Assembly: GCA_951406725.2 (NCBI GenBank) | Contig: OX597815.1 | Span: 191,456,001 to 191,520,000, forward strand | Length of the DNA: 64,000 bases | Source: Octopus vulgaris | Taxonomy: Eukaryota | Direction: 5' to 3' | In this document: positions 1-13,149 of the stretch, piece by piece | Position numbering within the stretch: the stretch's first letter is position 1 | Layout of the letters: each line of letters begins with the position of its first letter | Made by a program: the position numbers and the translations under genes | The notes under the pieces: model-generated | The model's database searches: none | What the model was told of the DNA's origin: nothing | The model's input: the letters and a program-made list of their open reading frames with translations, nothing else

Positions 1-586
1 TCTTGTTCGACGATTGTCGCGGCAATCTGATTCGCTGTGTTCTCGTAGTTAGCAGAGTGTTCTTGTGATGCAGCTTCGCACATAGCCGAGAACTGCTCTC
101 GTTCGTTTTCAGAGATGGTGCCGATGCCAGCAGACTGCATTGCCGTAGCCACCACCTGAGCCACTGTCTGTGAACTCGAGCCATCTGTTTCTTCTAAGAT
201 AACATCTCCACTGTTCACTGGTGTGGCTATATGTGTCACTTCACTACCTGTTAATCCTTCAACTATTTGGGCAATTTTTTTATGATATGCTGTTGGTTTA
301 TTGTCTACAGCAACTCGGGAAACAGCTCCAGCTGGAATTCGGTCATTTTCCTTATATGAGAATTGAGAGGTAGATTTGGCGTCTTGTTTAGAGATCTTAA
401 AATTGCCCTCATGTTCTGAATGCTTACGCGTCGTGTGGACCTTTAATTGTCCAGCCCTTTTAAAAGAATCACCACAGAGTTCACAAGTGTAGGGTTTCGA
501 ACCCAAATGTTCTTTAACATGGCGTCTTTTGCTGGAAGGGTCACTAAATCGTGCATGGCATAAATTACAAACAAATGGCTTCTTTC
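1..586 (-). CDS. AT-hook/C2H2 zinc-finger protein, exon 9 (fingers 7-8 and C-terminal region; runs off window)
   Basis: Poly-T tract + AG acceptor at 588-587; open frame (G)KKPFVCNLCHARFSDPSSKRRHVKEHLGSKPYTCELCGDSFKRAGQLKVHTTRKH... with no stop to position 1; phase 1 matches upstream exon. Confidence 0.95.
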
Positions 587-1199
587 CTTAAAAAAAAAAA
601 AAAAAAAATCTTATTTACATGAAATTATCAACATTGTCATTAATATCAATTAACAGTTTCTTGGATAAAAAAAAAATACTGTTTCAGTACTTGTGGCTGC
701 TTTAGTTGATTTTACCCTTCCCACCAAATTTATGTGGATGGTTTGACTGAGAACTGGCAAACCGGAAAGCTGCACCAGGCTCCAATCTGATTTGGCAAGG
801 TTTCTACAGCTGGATGCCCTTCCTAATGCCAACCACTCCAAAAGTTTGTGCTTTTACGTGCCACTGGCATGGGAGCCAGTCAGGCAGCACTATCATCAGC
901 CATGCTTGAATGGTGTTTTTAAGTGCCAGTCAGGTGGCACTGCCATTTGCCACACTTGAACAGTGCCTTTTATGTGCCAGCCATGCGGCACTGGCATCGG
1001 CCATGTCTACTATTTCACTCGGTTCAACAGGTTACACAAGCATGGCATACTGCCCAGCAACTGAAGGGTGTTTTTAATGCTAATTATATATATATATATA
1101 TATATACAATTTAAAAATCGGATAAAATCTTTATAAGAATTTATCAAGTAGTTAGCATGAAAAACTCCATAAGAGAAAAAAATCCACCAATTTTTTCAC

Positions 1200-1485
1200 T
1201 TAAATATATTTATTTATATTATATAGAGGGCATTACTATACATAAATGCCACAAGGTAGGAGGGACTCTTAAAGTCAAAACTACCAAAATAAATAAATAC
1301 ATCGTACTGAATATAACCCTCGAAGCAAGTCACTTAAAAACGTTTTTAAATGACTTGCTTTGAGAGTAGCATTTGGTATGATGTGTTTATTTATTTTGGT
1401 AGTTTTGACTTTAAGAGTCCATCCTACCTTGTGGCATTTATGTATAGTAATGCCCTCTATATAATATATATATATAAAATTTAAA
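1200..1485. repeat. spacerless fold-back palindrome 1
   Basis: ~140-nt arms centred on AAAAACGTTTTT (1336-1347). Confidence 0.9.
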
Positions 1486-1841
1486 GGACTGACCACTAAA
1501 AGTGGACGGTCAATATGCTAGATATAGATGTCATTCCACGAAGAATGTGTTCTCAAGAGAAAACTCAGCACAAAACCAAAGTGTAAAAATAAGCAAGACA
1601 AATGAAAATATACGAAATCAAAAACGATTACCTATGTACCGATCAGTTTCACTTGTTAATATTCACATATATGCATACGTTTTTGATTTCGTATATTTTC
1701 ATTTGTCTTGCTTATTTTTTACACTTTGGTTTTGTGCCGAGTTTTTTTCTTGAGAACACATTCTTCATGGAAAATAGCGATTTTGACGTCTATATCTAGC
1801 ATATTGACCGTCCACTTTTAGTGGTCAGTTCTTTAAATTTT
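1476..1841. repeat. fold-back palindrome 2
   Basis: ~150-nt arms (ACTGACCACTAAAAGTGGACGGTC.../...GACCGTCCACTTTTAGTGGTCAGT) with ~50-nt loop. Confidence 0.9.
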
Positions 1842-1933
1842 GTATGTAAAATATATTTTAATCTTCGGATTTTCTTTTAATATGCTAGGCCACTGGTTTT
1901 AATTGATTAATATCAATTTCTACCCTTATTCAA

Positions 1934-2216
<283 letters not shown>

Positions 2217-2335
2217 AATTACTTAGTATTACTTAAACCTTCCTTGAATGGGTCTTTTACATACCGAACTCTACTTGGTGAAATTAATGACTATTTCTAA
2301 ATTAATTAATTTCACCCTTTATTATTAATGATAAT

Positions 2336-2375
<40 letters not shown>

Positions 2376-2568
2376 ACCTTCTCAAAGAATACCGATGTAC
2401 TACACAGAAAGAAATAATAATGATAATAATTTAATTAGTTACAAGAACAGATTCAGGTTGACATGTCTTAAAAATATAAATACAAATATACAAAAAACAA
2501 GAAAAAATACTGAGTATTCTGAATGGCTACCATAAAGAATAAGTTTATATAAAGGAGAAAGATGTTAC

Positions 2569-2652
2569 CTGTATGAATGATCTTATGCCTTGTTACATCT
2601 GACTGGTGAGCAAACCCACGGTTGCAATGATCACAGACAAATGGTTTTTCAC
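2569..2652 (-). CDS. zinc-finger gene exon 8 (finger 6)
   Basis: 84 nt, ccag|...|gtaac; (G)EKPFVCDHCNRGFAHQSDVTRHKIIHT(G); phase 1-1. Confidence 0.95.
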
Positions 2653-2877
2653 CTGGAAATTGATATCAAAAGGTATATATTTTAGAAAAGAAAACTGTCA
2701 CAATCAAAATATAAACTTGCTTAACCCTCTGGCATTCAAAACGGCCATATCTGGCCAAAAGTTTCTACTTGTTTTATGTTCAAAATGGTCAGATCAGGCC
2801 TCTCACACCAACCCTACATTGTCATTCTAAAACTTAACTGTTACCTCATACAAACTCTTAAAGTTACAAAACAATGT

Positions 2878-3212
2878 GAATTTGCTCACAACATCATAAG
2901 CGGAAAGTGTAACCTCTCGAAAGAGCTGTTCTTCACTCCTGCTCCAGAGCGTCGGCTGCGGGGTCACTCTGAAAAGCTCTATCTGCGACGATTTCATCTC
3001 AATCGAAGGAGAGGGGCTTTCTCCGTCCGGGTTGTGGATCCGTGGAATAAGCTGCCGGACGAGATAGTGAAGATGCCGACGACCGCTCGATTCAAAGTCT
3101 CCCTTGACCAGAAATGACCTGAACTCTTTGCATGAACACCACCCTGTACATAACTCCATGTCCCCCTACATGGCCTTGCTTTTTGCTTTTTGAGCCAAAA
3201 AATTAACTTAAG
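2878..3212 (+). mobile_element. CR1/L2-group LINE 3' end
   Basis: RLRGHSEKL...FSVRVVDPWNKLP...FKVSLD C-terminal signature; nested in a TTAA MITE at 2725-3257. Confidence 0.85.
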
Positions 3213-4278
3213 TTAAATGAACATTGCTTTTGACAAAATAATGAGAACGCTAAAGGGTTAAACCCTTTAGAATTCAGAATACTCTGTCTAATATAATGCT
3301 TTCTATTACAGGCACAAGGCCTCAAATTTGTGGGGAGGGGGCTAGGCGATCACATCGAGCCCAGTGTTTCATTGGTACTTATTTTATTGACTCTGAAAGG
3401 ATGAAAGGCAAAATCAACCTTGGTGGAATCTGAACTCAGAACGTAGCTGATTAATTATCATTAGCCATATTCATGGTTTGATGCAAATCTTGTAAGACAC
3501 AAAAAGTTCCATAAATATTTCCCCAAGTTTGCTGGTATGTTTCATCATCATCATCGTTTAATGTCCGCTTTCCATGCTGGCATGAGTTGGATGGTCTGTC
3601 TGAGGGCTGGCAAGCCAGAAGGCTGCAACCAGGCTCCAGTCTGATCTGGCAATGTTTCTATAGCTGGTTGCCCTTCCCAATGCCAACCACTCCGAGTGTG
3701 TAGTGGGTGCTTTTTACATGCCACCGGCTCGAGGGTCAATCAGTTGGCACTAGTAACGACCATGCTTGAATGGTGCTTTTTACCTGCCACCAGCACAGGA
3801 CTAGTCAGCCGGCACTGGCATTGACCACACTGTTTATTAAAAAAACCAAAACTTATAGTGAGACCTTGTAAACCTTGGTGTAAGAGAGAAAGTCACTGAA
3901 AAGGTCTTGAAAATGTCCTGAAGAGGTCTTTGGACTAACAAGCCACTAATTAATTTTTTTAACCAGTACCAAATGGCAGTGCCCTAGCATGGCCACAGCT
4001 CGTGAGCTGAAACTAGATGAAAATAAATAAAAAAAAAACAAACAAACAATCAATTAGTTAATGAGTTGGTTAAACATTTAACTGATGAACAATTAAGTAG
4101 AATTGAACCTGTGCATGTGTTATTATTGGTGAAATGACCCTCCCAACACAAACTCACATCAAGAATCTTGCAAACCTGATACAACAATGAAGCAGCATTT
4201 ATACACATTTTCAATTAAAGAAAACGCTGAACAGGTTTTAATTACAGATTTAATGAAAATAGAAAAACAGAAACATAC

Positions 4279-4530
4279 CTGTATGTACTTTAGAATGAGA
4301 TTTTAGATACACCATCTGAGAAAACTTCTGGCCACATTGGTTGCACTCAAAGGGTTTCTCTGAAGAGTGAGTGATGAGATGGCGTCGTAGACAACTAATC
4401 TGACGGAAAGGAAGCTGACAAATATGACAAACATGTGGCTTGGAGTTGGTGTGAATTGCTACATGTTCCAACAAGCTTATTTTACTTGAGAACTTGTTAT
4501 CACATATTTCACATGCAAAAGGTTTGATTC
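4279..4530 (-). CDS. zinc-finger gene exon 7 (fingers 3-5)
   Basis: 252 nt, gcag|...|gtatgt; IKPFACEICDNKFSSKISLLEHVAIHTNSKPHVCHICQLPFRQISCLRRHLITHSSEKPFECNQCGQKFSQMVYLKSHSKVHT. Confidence 0.95.
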
Positions 4531-5850
4531 CTGCAGAATTTTATGAAAGGGAAAAGAAAAAAATGAAAAAGATTATTATAAAAGGTTGTTAAATGAAATA
4601 ATAAGTGATTTATTTGGGAGAAGGAGAATACTGACACCGGGAGAGGAAGTGCGTTGGTTTTAAATCATTGCCCCAACAACCACCTTGATCACCTTTTTCA
4701 GCTCCATGTGTCTAACACACATGTGGGCATGCCTACAAAGTCAAAAAAAAAAACAGCACAGCTCCCATGACTTTCAGAAATGTTTTTCACACCCAGAGTT
4801 GCTGAAGCATGGAACAACCTACCTGCATCAGTTGTCAGCTGCCGAGACATTGCATCCTTTAAAACCTCCATGCTTCCTGAAATTCACCAACACTATACCT
4901 GATCCCCCCCACTCCGCTTTCACACACACACACACACACACACATTTCTTAAGAGTTTGTAGCCTCGGAAAACTGTTTATCTAATTCGAACTGAAAATCA
5001 ACGATAACGATAACATAAAACGGATTTTTTTTTTCTGTCATCACTTATAAACTGATTATACGGGCATAAACTACCTGACCACATTTTTTTTCAGTGCCAT
5101 ATATTTAGAGAAATTATTGAAAATTATAAATTAAGAAACATGTAAGAGTTGCCGAGATTTTGCATCCTTTAAAACCTCCATTCGCCAACACTACACCTGA
5201 TATCCCCACCTCCATACGCATGCACACATGTATAGCATGACTCTTACACTGTTCACTTTCCTGACTTTTGTACATAATTCTATGTACTGTACATACACCT
5301 TTGATGAGTTGCAGTACACCTGAGCACTATACACAATAATTTCATTATTAATGTAAAACTAGGAAATTAGTTAAAAGAGGAAGGCAGGGGAAAAAAATGA
5401 TTAATCATGACTAAAGAGTGGCTGTGTGGTAAGTAGCTTGTTTACCAACCACATGGTTCCAGGTTCAGTCCCACTGCGTGGCACCTTGGGCAAGTGCCTT
5501 CTGCTATAGCCTTGGGTCAACCAAAGCCTTGTGAGTGGATTTGGTAGACGGAAACTGAAAGAAGCCCGTAGTATATATGTATATATATATATATATATTT
5601 ATGTGTGTGCGTATATGTTTGTGTGTCTGTGTTTGTCCCCCCTAGCATTGTTTGACAACCGATGCTGGTGTGTTTATGTCCCCGTCGCTTAGCGGTTCGG
5701 CAAAAGAGACCGATAGAATAAGTACTGGGCTTACAAAGAATAAGTCCCGGGGTCGAGTTGCTCGACTAAAGGCGGTGCTCCAGCATGGCCGCAGTCAAAT
5801 GACTGAAACAAGTAAAAGAGTAAAAGAGTAAAGACAGTCAAAGCACATAC

Positions 5851-5973
5851 CTAAGTGAACAAGATTATGTCTTCGCAAACTTTCATTGTTTCGAAAGCGT
5901 TTTGCACAACCATTAAAACTGCACTGAAATGGTTTTTCTCCTGTATGTACTCTCATGTGTACTTTGAGATTTC
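5851..5973 (-). CDS. zinc-finger gene exon 6 (second half of finger 1, finger 2)
   Basis: 123 nt, ttcag|...|gtatgt; (G)NLKVHMRVHTGEKPFQCSFNGCAKRFRNNESLRRHNLVHL(G). Confidence 0.95.
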
Positions 5974-6609
5974 CTGAAATAAATAAAATAAATACATAAA
6001 AATAAATAAAACAAAAGCAATATAGATTTATGTTGAAAAGAATACTTCTTTTTTTTTTCCTTTTTCTCTCTCCATATTTTTGAGTAATTGTGGTCCTTTA
6101 GCCTTGAGTCAGCCATGATCTTGTACAATGCTCCACAACCTTTTTTCACTTGCAGTACACTCACATTCTTTTCAAAATTTGGCAGTACTAAAAGTATAGG
6201 ACAAAAAAACGCCTTACTGGCACTTGTGCCCGTGCTAGTAGGGTGCCAAGAGCACCATCTGAGCATGATCGTTACCAGAGCAGCCAACTGGTTCCGTGCG
6301 GGTGGCATGTAAAAGGCACCATTCGAGCGTGATCATTACCAGCGTCGCCTTACTGGCACCTGTGCCGGTGGCATGTGTAAAAAGATTCGAGCGAAGTCGT
6401 TGCCAGTACTTCCTGACTGGCCCCCGTGCCGGTGGCACATAAAAAGCACCGACTACACTCTCGGAGTGGTTGGAGTTAGGAAGGGCATCCAACTGTAGAA
6501 ACTTTGCCAGATCAAGATTGAAGCCTGGTGCTGCCATCTGGTTTGCCAGGCCTCAGTCAAAATCATCCAACCTATGCTAGCATGGAAAGCAGACGTTAAA
6601 CGATGATGA

Positions 6610-6647
<38 letters not shown>

Positions 6648-6886
6648 ATTCTTGTTGTCCTCCTTCCACAAGATGGCAGCAAAAATAAGGATCGGTAGCG
6701 ATACACTGGCAAAATTCCCATTAAAAAAATATTAAATATAATTTATCAACCCCAAAAGGATGAAAGGCAAAATTGCCCTTGGCAGAATTTGAACTCAGAA
6801 TGGAGTGATAGGTGAAATACTGCTAAGCATTTCATCCAGCATGCTAACGATTCTGCCAGCTCACCGCCTTAAATAATAATACTGTA

Positions 6887-7267
6887 GGAAGCACTCCGTC
6901 GGTTACGACGACGAGGGTTCCGGTTGATCCGATCAAGGGAACAGCCTGCTCGTGAAATTAACGTGTAAGTGGCTGAGCACTCCACAGACACGTGTACCCT
7001 TAACGTAGTTCTCGGGGATATTCAGCGTGACACAGAGAGTGACAAGGCCGGCCCTTTGAAATACAGGTACAACAGAAACAGGAAGTAAGAGTGAGAGAAA
7101 GTTGTGGTGAAAGAGTACAGCAGGGATCACCACCATCCCCTGCCGGAGCCTCGTGGAGCTTTAGGTGCTTTCGCTCAATAAACACTCACAACGCCCGGTC
7201 TGGGAATCGAAACCGCGATCCTACGACCGCGAGTCCGCTGCCCTAACCACTAGGCCATTGCACCTCC
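6887..7267 (-). mobile_element. tRNA-derived SINE family C (young)
   Basis: A box TGGCCYAGTGG, B box GGTTTCGATTCCC; near-identical to copies at 18139 and 58965. Confidence 0.9.
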
Positions 7268-7331
7268 ACCAAATAATAATACTAATAATAATAACAACAA
7301 CAACAATATTAAAAAATCAAATATATATTAC

Positions 7332-7682
7332 CTTTTTGAGTGAATTCTCTATGACAAATTTTACAAGAAAAATTACTTTTATTTGAAGAAGCATTTCCTT
7401 CCGTTTTTTTCGCACAGGTACCTTCCATTTTTTTTGCACAGGTACCTTCCACAGACGAAAGTTCCTTGTCTTCTAAGGACACCACAAAGACAGACTCTAT
7501 AGGTTCAGTACTTTCTGACCCCGATTGATTGGCGAGCCCAACTAATTCATTTATTGACTCTGCTGCTGCTGCTACTACTACTGATGATGATGACGATGAT
7601 GATGATGATGACGACGACGATGATGACGATGATGTTGTCGCTGTTAATTCTGCCGCTGTTGTTGTTGTTGCTGCTGCTGTTG

Positions 7683-7713
<31 letters not shown>

Positions 7714-7754
7714 AGGAGGAGGAGGAGGTGGTGGTGGAAGCAGAAGAGAAGGAG
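7332..7754 (-). CDS. zinc-finger gene exon 5 (poly-P/T/S tracts and first half of finger 1)
   Basis: 423 nt, ttttcattacag|CT...CKICHREFTQK G|gtaata; this phase-1 acceptor joins exon 4 without a stop, whereas the internal AG at 7474-7473 would create TAA. Confidence 0.85.
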
Positions 7755-8521
7755 CTGTAATGAAAACGATGTAACTTTCAACATGTGGCTTACTATGAAG
7801 ATAAACGAATGCATGCATTGATGACAGCAATGTCTAGTTTCCCCACTTTTCTTGTTGCTGTTTAGCCCCGGGCCAGTTCCGATCGAGCAGTGAACCTGGC
7901 TGTGTGGTAAATAGCTTGCTTACCAACCACATGGTTCCGGGTTCAGTCCCACTGCGTGGCATCTTGGGCAAGTGTCTTCTGCTATAGCCCCGGGCCGACC
8001 AATGCCTTGTGAGTGGATTTGGTAGACGGAAACTGAAAGAAGCCTGTCGTATATATGTATATAATATGTATGTGTGTGTATATGTTTGTGTGTCTGTGTT
8101 TGTCCCCCCAGCATCGCTTGACAACTGATGCTGGCGTGTTTACGTCCCCGTCGCTTAGCGGTTCGGCAAAAGAGACCGATAGAATAAGTACTAGGCTTAC
8201 AAAAAATAAGTCCCAGGGTCGATTTGCTCGACTAAAGGCGGTGCTCCAGCATGGCCGCAGTCAAATGACTGAAACAAGTAAAAGAGTAACCCTTTAGCAT
8301 TCGGATTACTCCCTCAAATGTAACACTTATTGATTCACACTGTTTTGAATTAATCGGGCATTATCTCGTAGCTTTGAAATTTTAATAACATAAATCTTTA
8401 GTTAAATATATTTCAATGAGAATATTATCTACTGAATTTATATTGAATGCTCAATTGTATCAAAGTATTAATACTATTAAAGTATTTATATATATATATG
8501 TTATACAGAATTCAAATTTTA

Positions 8522-8613
8522 TATCTCTGAAGAGCAGAAGCGTTGTCTATAAATGCTTATCAATATAGGATTTCATTATAGAGACAACACTTCCGTGAAA
8601 CGATCATAAGATG
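8522..8613 (+). ncRNA. type I hammerhead ribozyme motif, Penelope/retrozyme-like
   Basis: Stem I TATCT/AGATG, core CTGAAGA 8527-8533, long stem II (GCAGAAGCGTTGTCT/AGACAACACTTCCGT), GAAA 8597-8600, near-palindromic short stem III ACGATCAT, predicted cleavage after 8608. Confidence 0.7.
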
Positions 8614-10483
8614 CTTTAAATAATTAATTCAAAACTTTTAAACTGTCATATACATTATATATTTATACTTATACATATTTACATATATTTTTATACGTAT
8701 TTATATTTATTTATTTATATATTTTTAATACAACAATTATTTTTCACACATGTATATATTTCAGAGGAGTTTTGATATTGATTTCCTAATATTAATAATA
8801 ATATATTATTGAAAAATATATATGTATAAATTTTAATAACATGTATGAGTGAAGACAGTAGCATCAAGAGGTGCCTATCTCTAATTGTAGAGAGAACACA
8901 TGGAAGGGATAGACCTAGGAAGACGTGAGACGAAGTGGTGAGAAAGGATCTAAAGACATTGGGACTCATAGAGGGGATGACAGGGGGCTGAGACTCCTGG
9001 TGGTTTGCTGTGCTTGAGAGGATATGTCGAGCTAAGTAAAACTGAGGTTGTCCTTGCATACAAGTATGTCCCCAGCATCGCTCTCCAGCTGAGCATCCCT
9101 AATTCTTATGGACTCATAGGTGCTGGTGCCATGTAAAAAGCACCCTTGCCTGTGCTGCATAAAAAGCACCCAGTGCACTCTGTAAAGTGGTTGGCATTAG
9201 GAAGGGCATCCAGTTATAGAAACCATGCCAAAACAGACAGGGAACTTTTAGGTGCTCTTCAGCGGACCAGCTCTTGTTAAACCGTTCAACCCATGCCAGC
9301 ATGGAAAATGTATGTTAAGAGGATGATAATGTGATTTTTTAGTCTTTTATTCTTTAATTTGCTTCAGTCATTTTGAATGCGGCCATGCTGGAGCACCGCC
9401 TTTAGTTGAACAAATCAACCCCAGGACTTATTCTTTGTAAGCCTAGTACTTATTATATCAGTCTCTTTTGCCGAACTGCTAAGTTACAGGGACATAAACA
9501 CATCAACATCATTTGTCAAGCGATGACAGGAGACAAACACAGAGATATATATACATATATATATATACAATGGGCTCCTTTTAGTTTCTGTCTACCAAAT
9601 CCACTCACAAGGCTTTGGTCGGTCCAAAGCTATAGTAGAAGACACTTGTCCAAGGTGCCACAGTGGGACTGAACCTGGAACCATGTGACTGGGAAGCAAG
9701 CTTCTTACCACACAGCCACTACTGTGCCTAATTGTTTATTTTTAGAACAACATTGTAGGGTAGGTTTGAGAGGCAAGATCTGGACAGTCTGAACAGAAAA
9801 TAGGTAGAAAACTTGAGACTGGATATAATTGGTTTAACCCATTAACTGCCAAATTATATTATTCATAATTTTTGGCTTTGCCAGGTGTCTTAGGAGTTAG
9901 AATAATATATAGTATTTAAATTTTCTTCCTATGTGAATTATTTTGGAAATTAAGATGAATTTTTCAAAAAATTCCCAAATGGGGATCGCTGAGAAAAAGC
10001 AAGTTTATCCTTTTCTATTCAATTGCAATAATAAACATTTTAGTTTTTTTGAAACTAAATGCAAATTTGTATGAAATATCAATGAATGATATACATGGGA
10101 AATGTGAAAAAAAAAAATCGTTTTCAAAACAGTCAATATTTTTGTAGTTTAAAAATTGCGATTTATGACTTAAATGTCTTCTAGAATTAACCAGAGCTAA
10201 TAAAAAAAAAAGGTGCTTCAACAAATCCCATCAGCCCTGTGCAAGCACAGATAAGTGGACATTAAAATGATGATGATGAAGATTCTTAAGGATGCTGACA
10301 TTGATCAGTTCACTGGACTTTCTCCAGAACCATCTTTTGAGTTCAAACATTCAATACATTAATTACATCAAATATATTGTTTATGAAAGCATGTAATAAC
10401 TAATTATAAAAATAAAGTTGATAGTAGTAAATCTTGATTGAAATGAAACAAACATGAAAAAATTAATACAAATAAATGCTTAC

Positions 10484-10528
10484 AAGGTTCATTTTCAGTT
10501 TTTTCAAGACGAACTTTCCGAGGCCTTC
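10484..10528 (-). CDS. zinc-finger gene exon 4 (45-nt exon completing the AT-hook)
   Basis: Polypyrimidine + tttttcag| and |gtaagc donor; (G)RPRKVRLEKTENEP; phase 1-1; joins exon 3 to give RRPGRPRK. Confidence 0.85.
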
Positions 10529-11523
10529 CTGAAAAATGGGAAAAAAAAGACAAGAAAGTTTTTAAAGAAATATAAAACTGATTTGCTCTGAGAATTTATT
10601 TGATAACCATTCTGTGACGAGTTAGACTGGTTACATGTTTTAATTAATTTTAAATATAATCAAGATTTTTGTAAGGAGTGTAATAAAATATCAGTAACTT
10701 TATATCTAGCTAAATATGCGTTGGTGCCAAGGAGGGCATCCTGTCATAGAGAACAGGCTAAAGCAGACAAATGGAGGATGGGGCAGCTCTCTGGCCTTGC
10801 CAGCTCCTGTCAAACATTCTAACCCATGCTATGATGGGAAGTGGATGTTGAATGATGATGATATTCATATCTATGTAAAGTGGTTGACTTTAGGAAAGGC
10901 ATCAAGCCATTAAATCAGGACATTTGAGTGTAAGGCAGTTCTGCAGCTCACCAGATCTTGTCATGCCACCATAGAAAATGGATATTAAATGATGAGAATG
11001 ATACTTATATAGATACAAGCACAGCCTCATTAAATTCCACCTCATCAATGCAAGAAGGAAAAAGTGGAGGTTAAAATGATGATTGTATATATATAAATAT
11101 ATATATATATATACTCCTTACTCTTTTACTTGTTTCAGTCATTTGACTGCAGCCATGCTGGAGCACCACCTTTAGTCGAGCAAATCGACCCCGGGACTTA
11201 TTCTTTGTAAGCCCAGTACTTATTCTATCGGTCTCTTTTTGCCGAACTGCTAAGTGACAGGGACGTAAACACACCAGCATCGGTTGTCAAGCAATGCTAG
11301 GGGGGACAAACACACATACACAAACACGCACACAGATACACATATGTATATATACATATATACGACGGGCTTCTTTCAGTTTCCGTCTACCAAATCCACT
11401 CACGAGGCTTTGGTCGGCCTGGGGCTATAGCAGAAGACACTTGCCCAAGATGCCACGCAGTGGGACTGAACCCGGAACCATGTGGTTTGTTAGCAAGCTA
11501 CTTACCACACAGCCACTCCTGCG

Positions 11524-11575
<52 letters not shown>

Positions 11576-12785
11576 ACACGTGTCATTATTCTACCAAATA
11601 TATAAATTTTTTTTTTTTTTTGCAATTTACTTAATCATCGGTATATTATTGTTATTTTATTTTTAATATTTCTATTATATGTGTTTTTTTCTAATTTATA
11701 TACACACACACACACACACATGTGTGTGTTTGTGTATATGTATTGATTAGTTTATTTTATGCTGTGCTTGAGAAGACCCGGCAAGCCAAGTGAGACTGTA
11801 ACTGTGACCTATATCAGTGTTGCATAACCAGCCCATTTAAGAGTACCCTTCAATCATTGGGCAATAAAGTACACTTGCAAAGACCTGGTGAGGCAAGTGA
11901 AGTCGTTGTCATGGCTAATGACTACTGCCTGATCGGTCTGATAATAATAGCATGTAAAAAGCACCATTTGAGTGTGGTTGTTGCCAGTGCTGCCTGACTG
12001 GCCCCTGTGTTGGTGGCATGTAAACAGCACCATTCAAGCGTGGTCAATGCCAGTGCCAGCTGACTGGTCCTGTGCTGCCTGACTAGCTCTGTGCTGGTGG
12101 CACATAAAAAGCACCATTCAAGAGTGATCGATGCCAGTGCCACCTGACTGACATCCGTGCCGGTGGCACATAAAAAGCATCCACTACACACTCAGAGTGG
12201 TTGGCTTTAGGAAAAGCATCCAGATGTAGAAACTTTGACAGATTAGATTGGAGCCTGTTACAGCTTTCTGGTTTGCCAGCCCTCAGTCAAACCATCCAAC
12301 CTATGCCAGCATGGAAAGCGGACATTAAATGATGACGACAATTATGTTGACCAACTAAAATCTCATTATTTATGTTGTAATGATAATTTGATAGAGATTT
12401 TAATTTCGGTCTCAAGGGTTAATTTAAATCCAATCATTCAAAGCAACTCATAAAACTTGAAGCAGTTTTGAGTAAACAGAAAAAGTAAAAAAAACAAAGA
12501 AACTTCCATAAACATTTTCTTTTATACACTATTACAGATTAAATAGGTCTGATAGGTTTGTAAATCTTAAGATATTTTTATATCAACTTTTTAAGAGCCA
12601 CATGGTTTTAATAGTGGATGCTCCTTAAGAAAGTAACTCAAGCAGAATATATTATCAACTGAATGAAATGGAGTTTATTCGTAAGAAATAAGGAGAGAGG
12701 GGAGATTCTATAATTAGAATAAAGCTCAGTTTTAGTACAGCACCCTAATCTCAGTGGAAATTAATTTATAGTTTTTATTTAATGA

Positions 12786-13149
12786 CTAACACTATGACCC
12801 GGCAATGCCGGGTCATAATGCTATTGCATGCATATACAGCTGCGTGCATGTGCACATACACGCGAGTACTGTCCAAATCTCCGACCAATCACATGCAGCT
12901 AGCTGGCATTCAATTGGCGTATCAAGTTTCGGGCATTTTGATTGGGTTTTGGATAGAAAATTCACGAAAAAGTCACTTCTATTGATTTTTTAATGGCTTT
13001 GCGGAGTGACTGGGGAAATGTAAAGATGTGCACGACCACCCTTGGACGGTTTTGAATGACCATAGAAAGTGCGAGCCCTCTAACTGAAAAATTGTGGATT
13101 TCTATAAAGGACACACACACAGACATTTTGCTGTTTATATATAGAGAGA
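12786..13149 (-). mobile_element. non-autonomous Helitron
   Basis: 5' TCTCTCTATATATAAA, 3' hairpin TATGACCCGGCA-TTGCCGGGTCATA and TTAG end; A|T target. Confidence 0.8.

Noticed and set aside
1306-1331. CTGAATA...GAAGCAAGTC in palindrome 1 as a hammerhead
   Set aside because: No stem II, and the motif is not preserved in the opposite arm
6426-6451. Apparent fifth covarying pair in pseudoknot stem 2 (CGGTG/CACCG, TGGTG/CACCA, GGGTG/CACCC)
   Set aside because: Several other units are mismatched at this position, so covariation is not supported by eye
7529-7774. Plus-strand poly-D/V/G and poly-L/M ORFs
   Set aside because: Antisense shadows of the trinucleotide tracts in exon 5
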